Assembly (NCBI GenBank): GCA_036493595.1
Contig: DASXPN010000008.1
Coordinates: 12,041 to 76,040, forward strand
Source: Acidimicrobiales bacterium
Lineage (GTDB): Bacteria; Actinomycetota; Acidimicrobiia; Acidimicrobiales; JACDCH01
DNA: 64,000 nucleotides
Direction of reading: 5' to 3'
Below the pieces are notes generated by a model that worked only from the letters and a program-made list of their open reading frames with translations, did no database searches and was not told the DNA's origin. Made by a program: the position numbers and the translations under genes. The stretch's first letter is position 1; each line of letters starts with the position of its first letter. Below, piece after piece: positions 7,908 to 20,447 of the stretch.

Positions 7908-9138
7908 CATCGAAGTTCGACCGATCACCGACGACGAGCTCGCCGACTACCTCCGTTGCATCGGCACCGCGTTCCTGTTCGGCCGTGAGGTGACCGACGA
8001 GTTCCTGGAGTTCTCACGCCAAGAGTTCGGCGACCTGTCACGCCGGTTCGCCGCGTTCGTGGCGGGATCGCTGTGCGGCACGGCGGGCACGTTCGGGACG
8101 CAGTTGACCGTCCCTGGAGCGCGCACGGTGGACTGCGCCGCCGTCACGGCGGTGACGGTGCTGCCGACGCACCGGCGCCGCGGTCTGCTCGCCGCGATGA
8201 TGCGGACGCAGCTCCAGGATGCGGTCGACCGGGGTGAGCTCGCCGCCATGCTCATCGCCGCGGAATGGCCCATCTACGGACGCTACGGCTACGGCATGGC
8301 CGTCGAGGCCGCCGGTGTCGTGGTCGACGCGCAGATCGCGACCTTCCGCGAGCCGGATCTCATGGGATCCGTCGAGATCGTCGAGCAACAGACCTTCTTC
8401 GAGCTCGCGCCCGGGATCTTCGATCGCCACCGGGTCACGTCCCCCGGCGCGATCACGCGCTCGACGCGCAAGTGGCGCGAGCTGATCGACCTCGACCCGC
8501 GTCCGGGTGCGAAGAGCCCGGCCGGTCGGATACGAGTGATCCATCGCGACCCGAGCGGCGAGGCCGACGGCTATGCGGTCTACGACCCGACCGAGAAGTG
8601 GGAGCACAACCGCCCACAAGTCAGGTTGCAGGTGATCGAGATGATCACCGCGACGCCGACCGCGTGGCTTGACCTGTGGCGGTACCTGTGTGCGGTCGAC
8701 TGGGTCGGCGAAGTCCGCGCCGCCGTGCGCGCGGTCGACGACGATCTGCGCTTCCATCTCGTGGACGGACGCGCGGCGCGTCAAGCGGACCGCAACGACC
8801 ACATGTGGGTGCGACTGCTCGACGCGCGCGGTGCCCTGGCGGCGCGCGCCTACGAGGTACCGGTGCACACCGTGCTCGAGGTCCGCGACCCGTACCTGGA
8901 ACGCGGTGGCCGGTTCGTGCTCGACGCCGACGCCAGTGGCGCCGAGTGCACGCCGACCGACCGCGAGCCGGATGTGTCCGTCGACATCGACGTACTCGGA
9001 GGCGCGTACCTCGGCGGCGTCTCCGTCCTCCCCTACGCCCTCGCAGGACGCATCGAGGAGCACACACCGGGCGCCCTCGCTGCCCTCGACCATGCCATGC
9101 GGACGACCCACGCCCCCTGGGCCACGACCGGCTTCTGA
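7900..9138 (+). CDS. Eis-like GNAT acetyltransferase (GNAT + central GNAT-like + SCP2-like C-terminus)
   Basis: 412 aa. Starts MSDIEVRPITDDELADYL, has the acetyl-CoA loop VLPTHRRRGLLAAMM, and the free C-terminal Phe typical of the Eis family (...WATTGF). Overlaps the upstream gene by 8 nt. Confidence 0.75.
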   Translation: MSDIEVRPITDDELADYLRCIGTAFLFGREVTDEFLEFSRQEFGDLSRRFAAFVAGSLCGTAGTFGTQLTVPGARTVDCAAVTAVTVLPTHRRRGLLAAMMRTQLQDAVDRGELAAMLIAAEWPIYGRYGYGMAVEAAGVVVDAQIATFREPDLMGSVEIVEQQTFFELAPGIFDRHRVTSPGAITRSTRKWRELIDLDPRPGAKSPAGRIRVIHRDPSGEADGYAVYDPTEKWEHNRPQVRLQVIEMITATPTAWLDLWRYLCAVDWVGEVRAAVRAVDDDLRFHLVDGRAARQADRNDHMWVRLLDARGALAARAYEVPVHTVLEVRDPYLERGGRFVLDADASGAECTPTDREPDVSVDIDVLGGAYLGGVSVLPYALAGRIEEHTPGALAALDHAMRTTHAPWATTGF

Positions 9139-9165
9139 CCCGGAGTTGCCCGGCAACCAACATGG
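9137..9165. repeat. partial or rearranged relative of the stem-loop element in a convergent gap
   Basis: GACCCGGAGTT (9137..9147) is the exact reverse complement of the AACTCCGGGTC flank word. It is followed by the 13-bp palindrome GTTGCCCGGCAAC (9145..9157) and CCAACATGG (9157..9165). Confidence 0.35.
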
Positions 9166-9172
9166 CGTGGGG

Positions 9173-10711
9173 TCAGATGCGGAGGGGGTCGACCTCGATC
9201 CTCGTGCGGGACTTGGGGCGGGGGGCGGCGGCGAGGGCGTCGCACAGCGTCCGGTGGCCATCGGCTCGGAGGAGCCAGGTTCCGTCGGCCGGGCCGAGGA
9301 TGTCGACGCCGAGGGGCGCGCCGAGGGACTCGACGTAGGCCGCGGCGCCGGTGCCGGACACTGCCGCCATCGCGGTCACGGGGGGGAAGCCGAGTTGCTC
9401 ACGCCGGGCCTGCTCGTGCGCCACCAACCTTCCCGGGTCCGCGTGCAACACCGCGTCGAGCACGGGATGGCGGCCCTGACGGGTCTGCACCGCGACCCGA
9501 CCCCCACCGCGGCGAGGCCCGACCAACCGTGCGGCGCGCGCCAGTAGCGCCATCGCCTGCTCGTCGGCGCGGTAGCGCGGCGCTAGCAACTCCTGGTCGA
9601 TGTCGAGGAACGCGGCGAGCCCGACGTCACGGATGTTGCGATGCAACACCGCTTCCGTGCCGACGAGGACGCGTGACGAACCGTCCTCGTCGCCGACGGG
9701 TTCACCGAGTATCGCCTCCAACTCCTCGCGCACACGCCCGACACCGACGCGCAGGTTGCGCATGACCGTCGAGCCGCATTCCGTGCACACGACGGGACGG
9801 GTCGTGCCGCACCGCTCGCACACCAACACGTCGTCCGGTTGCACGACGGCGGCGTCGCATCGCTCGCAGGTGGCCACCTGGCCGCACGCCGCGCAAGCGA
9901 GCAGCCGCGAGCGACCCTTGCGGTTGAGGACGCACACGACCCGCCGATCACCGGCGCGCCGGATCGCCTGCACCAACTTGTCGGAGTACAGACCCGAGCG
10001 AGGGTCGTCGTGGCGTCGATCGATGATGTCGAGGACCGGCCACCCGGCCCGCGCCTCGTCACGTGTCGGTTCGATGATCCGATCGGCGATGCGCCGCGCT
10101 TCGAGTGACGGGCACGGCGACACCAACACGCACGGGATCCCCGCCCGTCGCGCTCGCTCGACCGCCACATCACGGGCGTGCCATGTCGGCGCCCGCTCCT
10201 CTTGCAATCCTTCGTCGTGCTCGTCGATCACGACGAGCACCTGTGCGGTCGGCGCGGCCGCCCACACCGTCGATCGCCGACCGTCCACGACGAGCGCGCC
10301 GTCGAACGAAGGTGGCGCCGCGGCCGGTGGCACCTGCAACACGGTGACACCCGGCTCGGCCGCGCCCACGCCCGTGCCCACGGGTGTGGCCACCTGCACG
10401 CGGCCCTGCGCGTTCGACGCGGTATCGAGCAGGTGCACGAGCCGGCCGGCCCAGCGCCACGCCGCCCACGACGCGAGATCGACGAGCTCCGCCGTCGTAC
10501 CGCCACGCGAGACCATTGCGATCGGCTTCAGCGCGACACCCTCCGGCGGCGCGACGTCGATCGCCGTCACCCACGCGCGCACGCGGCGTCCGTGCAACGC
10601 GACGCGCACGATGGTCCCGACGCGCACCTGGTCCCGGAGATCGTCCGGGACCAGGTAGTCGAAGCTCTTGCCGTCGAGGCCCGCGACGTCGGGAACGACG
10701 CGGACGATCAC
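9173..10711 (-). CDS. priA: primosomal protein N' (PriA)-like, short form without a recognisable Walker A
   Basis: 512 aa with a GTG start. Has the PriA N-terminal 3'-DNA-binding domain (FDYLVPDDLRDQVRVGTIVRVALHGRRVRAWV), a DEHD box and a Cys-rich zinc region (CAACGQVATCERCD...CERCG...CTECG). Sits in the conserved priA-metK-coaBC-rpoZ synteny. Confidence 0.75.
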   Translation of the reverse strand: MIVRVVPDVAGLDGKSFDYLVPDDLRDQVRVGTIVRVALHGRRVRAWVTAIDVAPPEGVALKPIAMVSRGGTTAELVDLASWAAWRWAGRLVHLLDTASNAQGRVQVATPVGTGVGAAEPGVTVLQVPPAAAPPSFDGALVVDGRRSTVWAAAPTAQVLVVIDEHDEGLQEERAPTWHARDVAVERARRAGIPCVLVSPCPSLEARRIADRIIEPTRDEARAGWPVLDIIDRRHDDPRSGLYSDKLVQAIRRAGDRRVVCVLNRKGRSRLLACAACGQVATCERCDAAVVQPDDVLVCERCGTTRPVVCTECGSTVMRNLRVGVGRVREELEAILGEPVGDEDGSSRVLVGTEAVLHRNIRDVGLAAFLDIDQELLAPRYRADEQAMALLARAARLVGPRRGGGRVAVQTRQGRHPVLDAVLHADPGRLVAHEQARREQLGFPPVTAMAAVSGTGAAAYVESLGAPLGVDILGPADGTWLLRADGHRTLCDALAAAPRPKSRTRIEVDPLRI

Positions 10712-10712
10712 G

Positions 10713-11909
10713 TCAAAGCGAGAGCGCGGACTTCAGCTCGTCGACGCGGCTGGCGTTCTCCCAGGTGAACTCCTTCTCCTGGCGACCGAAGTGGCCGTAT
10801 GCCGCTGTCTTCTTGTAGATCGGCCGGCGCAGGTCGAGGTCACGGATGATCGCCGCGGGGCGCAGGTCGAACACGTCGCGCACGGCCTTCGTGATCGCAT
10901 CGACCCCGACCGTCTCGGTGCCGAACGTCTCCACCATCACCGAGACCGGTTGGGCCACGCCGATGGCGTACGCCACTTGGATCTCGCACCGTTCGGCCGC
11001 ACCGGACGCCACGACGTTCTTTGCCACCCATCGGCACGCGTAGGCAGCGGAGCGGTCGACCTTCGACGGATCCTTGCCCGAGAACGCGCCACCCCCATGG
11101 CGAGCCATGCCGCCGTACGTGTCGACGATGATCTTGCGTCCGGTGAGACCGCAGTCGGCATGTGGACCGCCGAGCTCGAACGAGCCGGTCGGGTTCACCC
11201 AGACGTCGTAACGATCCTCCGCGAACCGCGCCGGCACGAGCGGCTGGATCACGTGCTCGATGAGGTCGGGCTTGATCAGTGTCTCGGCGTCGAGGCCCGG
11301 CGCGTGCTGCGTGGAGATCAGGACCGTACGCAGGCGGACCGGCCTGCCCTCGTCGTAGTCGAAGGTCACCTGGGTCTTCCCATCGGGGCGCAGGTACGGG
11401 AGGATGCCGGCCTTGCGCACCTCGCTCAGCCGATGCGAGAGGCGATGGGCCAGCCAGATCGGCAGCGGCATGAGATCCTCGGTCTCGTCGCACGCGTAGC
11501 CGAACATCATCCCCTGGTCGCCGGCGCCTTGGCTGTTCAGGATGTCCTCGCCCGACGTGCCGGCCCGCGTCTCGTAGGCAGTGTCGACACCCTGCGCGAT
11601 GTTCGGCGATTGCGGGTCGATCGACGTCATCACGCCGCACGTGTTGCCGTCGAAGCCGAACGACTCACGGTCGTAGCCGATGCCGACGATCGTCTCGCGC
11701 ACGATGCGAGGGATCTCGACGTACGCGTCGGTCGTGATCTCCCCGGCCACGATGGCGAGGCCGGTGGTGACCATCGTCTCGCACGCCACCCGTCCCTTCG
11801 GGTCCGCCTCGAGGATGGCATCGAGGACCGAGTCCGAGATCTGGTCGGCCATCTTGTCGGGATGGCCCTCGGTCACGGACTCCGAGGTGAAGGTGAATCG
11901 GGTGTTCAC
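10713..11909 (-). CDS. metK: S-adenosylmethionine synthetase
   Basis: 398 aa. Contains [30 protein letters not shown] and [13 protein letters not shown] overlap with the coaBC stop. Confidence 0.95.
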   Translation of the reverse strand: MNTRFTFTSESVTEGHPDKMADQISDSVLDAILEADPKGRVACETMVTTGLAIVAGEITTDAYVEIPRIVRETIVGIGYDRESFGFDGNTCGVMTSIDPQSPNIAQGVDTAYETRAGTSGEDILNSQGAGDQGMMFGYACDETEDLMPLPIWLAHRLSHRLSEVRKAGILPYLRPDGKTQVTFDYDEGRPVRLRTVLISTQHAPGLDAETLIKPDLIEHVIQPLVPARFAEDRYDVWVNPTGSFELGGPHADCGLTGRKIIVDTYGGMARHGGGAFSGKDPSKVDRSAAYACRWVAKNVVASGAAERCEIQVAYAIGVAQPVSVMVETFGTETVGVDAITKAVRDVFDLRPAAIIRDLDLRRPIYKKTAAYGHFGRQEKEFTWENASRVDELKSALSL

Positions 11910-13093
11910 GATTGGCTCCTGGTTTGCATGACGGAATCGAGGACGGCCCGGGCGATGGCCCGCTTGTCGCTCAACGGCACGGAGGTGGTGGTCGCGGCGG
12001 ACACGATGATGACGGCGTTGGTGTCGTGCTCGAAGCCCACGCCCGGCGCAGACACGTCATTCGCCACGATGAGGTCGGCACCCTTGCGCGCCAGCTTGCC
12101 TCGCGCGTTGGCTTCGACTTCGTCGGTTTCCGCCGCGAACCCGACGATGGTCTGGCCCGGCCGCTTGCGAGCGCCGACCGCGGCGAGGATGTCGGTCGTC
12201 GGCTCGAGCACGATCCGAGGAACGCCGGCCTCCTTCTTGATCTTCTGGTCGGCGGCCGTGACAGGACGGAAGTCGGCCACCGCGGCGGACATCACGACGA
12301 TGTCGCACGCGTCGCTACGGGACAGCACGGCATGCTCCATCTCGGCCGCGGTCTGAACCCGGACGATGTCGACACCGGCTGCGGTGGGCCGATCGGTGGT
12401 CGTGACGAGCGTGACCTTGGCGCCGCGCTGCGCCGCCTCGTCGGCCAGGGCGTGGCCCTGCTTGCCGGACGAACGGTTCGACAGGAACCGCACCGGGTCG
12501 ATCGGCTCACGGGTGCCGCCGGCGGTGACGAGGACGTGCAGTCCGGCCAGGTCGGGCTCGGTGAGCATCTGCTCGACCGCGGCCATGATCGTCTCGGGCG
12601 CCGCGAGGCGTCCGGTGCCGACGTCGCCGCCGGCGAGCCGGCCGTCCTCGGGGGGTACGACGTGCACGCCGCGGGCGCGCAGGGCGCGCACGTTGTCCTG
12701 CACCGCCGCGTGCTCCCACATCTCGGTGTGCATCGCGGGACACACGATCACGGGTGCGCGCGTCGCCAGCAGGACGTTCGTCAACAAGTCGTCGCTGATG
12801 CCCGCGACGTATGTACCGATGAGCCGCGCGGTCGCGGGCACGACGAGCACGAGATCCGCGGTCTGGCCGAGGCGGGTGTGCGGGATGGCGCTCTCGTCGT
12901 CCCACAGCGAGGTGTGGGCCTTCTCGGATCCGAGCGCATCGAAGGTCGTGCGTCCGACGAAGTGCAGCGCGCCCTCGCTCAGTACCGGGATCACGTACGC
13001 GCCGGCATCGACCAACCGGCGGCAGAGCTCGACCGCCTTGTAAGCGGCGATGCCCCCGGTGACCCCCAGAACGATCCGTCGCCCGGCGAGCAT
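11906..13093 (-). CDS. coaBC: bifunctional phosphopantothenoylcysteine decarboxylase / phosphopantothenate-cysteine ligase
   Basis: Track ORF 11906..13204(-), trimmed to ATG 13093 ([27 protein letters not shown]...). N-terminal flavoprotein half plus C-terminal DFP ligase half. Confidence 0.9.
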   Translation of the reverse strand: MLAGRRIVLGVTGGIAAYKAVELCRRLVDAGAYVIPVLSEGALHFVGRTTFDALGSEKAHTSLWDDESAIPHTRLGQTADLVLVVPATARLIGTYVAGISDDLLTNVLLATRAPVIVCPAMHTEMWEHAAVQDNVRALRARGVHVVPPEDGRLAGGDVGTGRLAAPETIMAAVEQMLTEPDLAGLHVLVTAGGTREPIDPVRFLSNRSSGKQGHALADEAAQRGAKVTLVTTTDRPTAAGVDIVRVQTAAEMEHAVLSRSDACDIVVMSAAVADFRPVTAADQKIKKEAGVPRIVLEPTTDILAAVGARKRPGQTIVGFAAETDEVEANARGKLARKGADLIVANDVSAPGVGFEHDTNAVIIVSAATTTSVPLSDKRAIARAVLDSVMQTRSQS

Positions 13094-13118
13094 GCGTTGC
13101 GGCCTCGAGGTCGGCCGG

Positions 13119-13499
13119 CTACTCCGTCGACTCGCCGGCGCCGGCTTCGGTGTCGCCCGCCGCCGCGGCGGCCGAAGCCGCACCTGCGTCGGCGGTCCCG
13201 GCATCGGCGGCGGTGGCGGCTTCGGCGGCCTCGTCGGTCTCGCTCTCGGGCGGCGGCTCCACCGGGATGATCTTGCCCGCCGCCACCTCTTCGAAGGCGA
13301 TCGACAGCGGCTTGCGGGCCACCGAGGTGACCTGGGGCGGGATGATGGCCCCGAGCCCGTCGCCGAGTTGGCCGAAGTAGGAGTTGATCTGGCGGGCGCG
13401 CTTCGCCCCCAGGGTGACCAGGCGGAACTTGGAATCAGCGGCGTCGAGAAGGGTCTCGATCGCCGGGTTCATCATCGTGTCGTGGCGGCCGGCAGCCAT
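13119..13499 (-). CDS. rpoZ: DNA-directed RNA polymerase subunit omega
   Basis: 126 aa. Contains DSKFRLVTLGAKRARQIN (omega core) and a long acidic/Ala-rich C-terminal tail. Confidence 0.88.
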   Translation of the reverse strand: MAAGRHDTMMNPAIETLLDAADSKFRLVTLGAKRARQINSYFGQLGDGLGAIIPPQVTSVARKPLSIAFEEVAAGKIIPVEPPPESETDEAAEAATAADAGTADAGAASAAAAAGDTEAGAGESTE

Positions 13500-13543
13500 G
13501 CGCGTGCGTGCACCTCAGGTGTGGCGGGATACGGCCGACCAGC

Positions 13544-14068
13544 TTACCTGGCCACCCCCGCCAGAATCGACTTCCCGACGGCGGCGGGCGGCTGATCGCT
13601 CGAGTCGATGACGAGGTCGTACACGTCGCGGTCGTCGAGATCGATGCCGTACAAGGTCCGGTACCGCACTCGCTCGGACGCTTCGCGCACTCGGTTGGCC
13701 TCGAGCGCGACCGCCGGGTCGATGGACTCTCGGGCGGCGACCCGCTCGGCCCGAACCCGCTCGTGGCCGTCGATCCACACCTTCACCGCGACGAGATTCT
13801 CGTTGACCGCGATCCACGCCGCGAGGCGCGACTCGAGTACCAGGTCGCCTTCCCGGGCGATGGCCGCGAGTCGCGTGTCGAGCTCGACGTCGATCGTGGG
13901 ATCGCCCTCGGCGACATCGGAGAACGCGGCGACGTCGAGACCGCGCTCGGCGGCCATGGCGCGGAACACCGTTCCGCCGTCGACGTGGCGGAGTTGCAAT
14001 TCGGCCGCAACGAGACGAGCGACCGTGCTCGTCCCCGAACCGGGCAGGCCGGAGATCGTGACGAGCAC
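13544..14068 (-). CDS. cytidylate kinase-like protein, archaeal type (Cytidylate_kin2-like)
   Basis: 174 aa. Starts MLVTISGLPGSGTSTVARLVAAEL (P-loop at the extreme N-terminus) and ends ...YGIDLDDRDVYDLVIDSS. This layout matches archaeal-type CMP kinases, not guanylate kinase. Confidence 0.65.
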   Translation of the reverse strand: MLVTISGLPGSGTSTVARLVAAELQLRHVDGGTVFRAMAAERGLDVAAFSDVAEGDPTIDVELDTRLAAIAREGDLVLESRLAAWIAVNENLVAVKVWIDGHERVRAERVAARESIDPAVALEANRVREASERVRYRTLYGIDLDDRDVYDLVIDSSDQPPAAVGKSILAGVAR

Positions 14069-14091
14069 GCGGGAGGTGCGACTGGGCTGGT

Positions 14092-14409
14092 TCAGCCGGG
14101 GAACGCGTCGAGCAGCTTGCTGCGCTGCTGATCACCCAGGCCGCGGACGCGGCGGGTCTCGCTGATGCCGATGTCCTCCATCGTGCGTCTGGCCTTCACC
14201 TTGCCGACGCCTGGCAGCGACTCGAGCACGGCGAGCACCTTCATCTTTGCCACGACGTCCTGCGAGTCGGCCAGGCGAAGAAGCTCCTTGAGGTTGATGG
14301 AGCCCATCTTGAGCTTCTCCTTGAGCTCAGCGCGCTCTCGGCGGGCGGCCGCTGCTTTCTCGAGCGCGGCCTGGCGCTGCTCGGGTGAAAGAGAGGGAGG
14401 AAGAGGCAT
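14092..14409 (-). CDS. mihF: actinobacterial integration host factor
   Basis: 105 aa. Contains RAELKEKLKMGSINLKELL...LESLPGVGKVKARRTMEDIGISETRRVRGLG, the typical MihF helix-hairpin-helix region. Confidence 0.88.
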   Translation of the reverse strand: MPLPPSLSPEQRQAALEKAAAARRERAELKEKLKMGSINLKELLRLADSQDVVAKMKVLAVLESLPGVGKVKARRTMEDIGISETRRVRGLGDQQRSKLLDAFPG

Positions 14410-14440
14410 GCGGCGACGCTAGCGCGCTCTCGTTGACGAT

Positions 14441-15145
14441 TCAGTCGGCAGTCGACGACAGCTCCGCGACCACTGCTTCGGCTGCGGCCGCCGGATCCGA
14501 AGCCTGCGTGACCGCGCGCCCGAGGATGATGAGATCCGCGCCTGCGTCGAGCGCTTCGCGCGGTGTCGCGGCGCGCGCTTGTTCATGCTTCGGTGCACCC
14601 GCGGGACGGATGCCGGGCACGGCGGCGAACAGGCGCGGTCCGTACTGCTTCGCCTCGCGCACGTCACTCGCTGCGCACACGATGCCGTCGCAATCACTTT
14701 CGAGCGCGGCTTGCACGCGCTTGCCGAGGATGTGCGGTGGCGCGTCGCTGTCACTCGTCAACACCGTGACGGCCAGCGCGTACGGCTCGGGCAACCCCGC
14801 GTCGGAGGCGCCCTGCTTCAACCCGTCGACTCCGGCGCGCAGCATCGAGACACCGCCTTGCGCGTGAAGGTTCAAGTACCGCGCACCGAGGGCACCGATG
14901 ACACGCGATGACTTGTTGACCGTGGTGGCGATGTCATGGAACTTGAGATCGCAGAACACGTCGAAGCCGAGGTCACTCAACGACGTGACCGCGTCCGGCC
15001 CGACAGAGCTGTACAGCTCGAGCCCGATCTTGGCCGTGCCGAACCACGGCCCGAGTTGGCGGGCCAGGCGCAGGGCCACGACCAGGTCGTCGACGTCGAG
15101 CGAGATCGCCAATCGCGCCCGCACCTCTTCTGGAACATCAGGCAT
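14441..15145 (-). CDS. pyrF: orotidine 5'-phosphate decarboxylase
   Basis: Track ORF 14441..15193(-), trimmed to ATG 15145. Contains LDVDD...FCDLKFHDI...DLIILGR. Last gene of the pyr operon. Confidence 0.88.
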   Translation of the reverse strand: MPDVPEEVRARLAISLDVDDLVVALRLARQLGPWFGTAKIGLELYSSVGPDAVTSLSDLGFDVFCDLKFHDIATTVNKSSRVIGALGARYLNLHAQGGVSMLRAGVDGLKQGASDAGLPEPYALAVTVLTSDSDAPPHILGKRVQAALESDCDGIVCAASDVREAKQYGPRLFAAVPGIRPAGAPKHEQARAATPREALDAGADLIILGRAVTQASDPAAAAEAVVAELSSTAD

Positions 15146-16054
15146 GAACCCCTCCGATGAGCTCCGTGACGTTGCCGATCCCGGCCGCGGCACACCAATC
15201 CTCCACCTGTTCGAGTACCCGCACGGGCGCGCGCGGGTCGGCGAACGTCGCCGTCCCCACCTGCACCGCCGATGCCCCCGCGAGCAACAGCTCGATCGCG
15301 TTCGCTCCCGAGGTCACGCCGCCGACGCCGATGATCGGAAGGTCGCGCAGCGCGGCGTGTACGTCATGGACGGCGCGCACCGCGACGGCATGGACCGCAG
15401 GACCGCTGAGCCCTCCCCCGCCCGATCCCGAACCGAGCCGGTAACGCCGCGTGTCGGGATCGATGGCCATGCCGAGCAGCGTGTTGGTCAACGTGACCGC
15501 GGCGGCTCCCCCGTCGCGCGCCGCGTGCGCGATCGAGACGATGTCGGTGACGTGGGCGGTGAGCTTCGCCCAGACGTCGCGATCAGTGGCCGCGACGACC
15601 GCGCTGATGGCGCGCGCCGTGTCGTCGGCGTCGTGCGCGAACAGGTGGGCACCGCCGTCGACGTTCGGACAGCTGAGGTTGACCTCGATGGCGACGATGT
15701 CGTCAGGCGCGCTCTTCAACTGCGCGGCGGCTTTCTCGAACTCTTCGATCGTTCGACCCCAGATGCTGACGACCACGCGCGCCTGCGCACGCTGCAGCGC
15801 GGGAAGATCGCTCGCCAGCCATGCCTCGACGCCGGGCCCTTGCAGGCCGACGCTGTTCAACATGCCGTCGCCCGCTTCGTGCAACCGGGGCGCGGGATTG
15901 CCGGCCCACGGTTCCGCGGCGAGCGACTTGACGACGATCGCACCGAGGCGAGCGAGCGGGAAGTACGCGTCGAGCTCCGCACCGTGCCCGCTCGTCCCCG
16001 ACGCCGTCATGATCGGGTTGGGCAGCTCGACGTGGCCGAGTCGCGTCCGAAGGT

Positions 16055-16058
<4 letters not shown>
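15138..16058 (-). CDS. pyrD: dihydroorotate dehydrogenase, class 1 catalytic subunit
   Basis: 306 aa. GTG start in a GTGA overlap with the carB stop. Has the class-1 catalytic Cys motif EVNLSCPNV and N-terminal [11 protein letters not shown]. Confidence 0.88.
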
Positions 16059-19349
<3,291 letters not shown>

Positions 19350-19360
<11 letters not shown>

Positions 19361-20447
19361 GGCGCCCCATCAGCTCGTCGAACTCTTCGAACAAGTAGCC
19401 GGCGTCGTGCGGGCCGGGCCCGGCCTCGGGGTGGTGCTGCACGCTGAACGCGGGCGCGTCGAGCACGCGCAGCCCCTCGCACACGCCGTCGTTGAGGTTG
19501 ACGTGGGTCATCTCCGCGACGCCGGCGAGGGAGTCGGCCACGACGGCGAAATTGTGGTTCTGGCTCGTGATCTCGACCTGGCCGCCGGCGAGGCGTCGCA
19601 CGGGATGGTTGCCGCCGTGATGGCCGAAGGGCAGCTTCTCGGTGCGGGCGCCGATGGCCAGCGAGAGCAACTGGTGACCGAGGCAGATGCCGAACACCGG
19701 CACCTCGCCGAGGAGTGCCTTGATGGCGTCGACCGCGTACGGCACCTGTTCGGGGTCACCAGGACCGTTGGACAGGAACACGCCGTCGGGCCGGCGGGCG
19801 AGCACGTCGGCCGCGCTCGTGGACGCGGGCACGATCTCGACCGTCGCGATGCGCCCGAGGTGGCGCAGGATCGTGTGTTTGATGCCGAAGTCGTAGGCCA
19901 CGACGCGACGGGCACCGTCGCCAACGACGTAGGGCTGCGCCGTGGTGACCGTGGCGACGAGATCGACACCGCTCGTGCCCGGCTCGCTGGTCGCGGCGGA
20001 CTTCAGCGCGGTCTCGTCCGCCGTGCCGAACGCACCCGGCATCGCGCCGGCATCGCGGATGTGGCGGGTGAGCCGGCGCGTGTCGATGCCGGCGATGCCC
20101 GGCACGCCGGTGGCGCGCAGGAAGGCGGCGAGGTCCTCGTCGCTGCGCCAGTTGCTGCGCCGCCGGGCGAGGTCGCGCACGACGACGCCGCGACAGAACG
20201 GTCGGCGCGCCTCACGATCGAGCGGCGTCGTGCCGTAGTTGCCGATGTGAGGGTAGGTGAACGTGATGATCTGGCCGGCGTACGACGGGTCGGTGATGAC
20301 CTCCTGGTAGCCGGTGAGCACGGTGTTGAAGACGACTTCGCCGGTGGCGATGCCGTGGGCCGCTGGCGCGCCGATCGCTTCGCCCTCGAACGTCGTGCCG
20401 TCGGCGAGGACGAGGGCCGCCTCTTGCACCGCGTTGCTCGCGGTCAT
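19350..20447 (-). CDS. carA: carbamoyl-phosphate synthase small (glutaminase) subunit
   Basis: 365 aa. Glutamine amidotransferase triad region [12 protein letters not shown]...HH. ATGA overlap with the pyrC stop. Confidence 0.95.
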
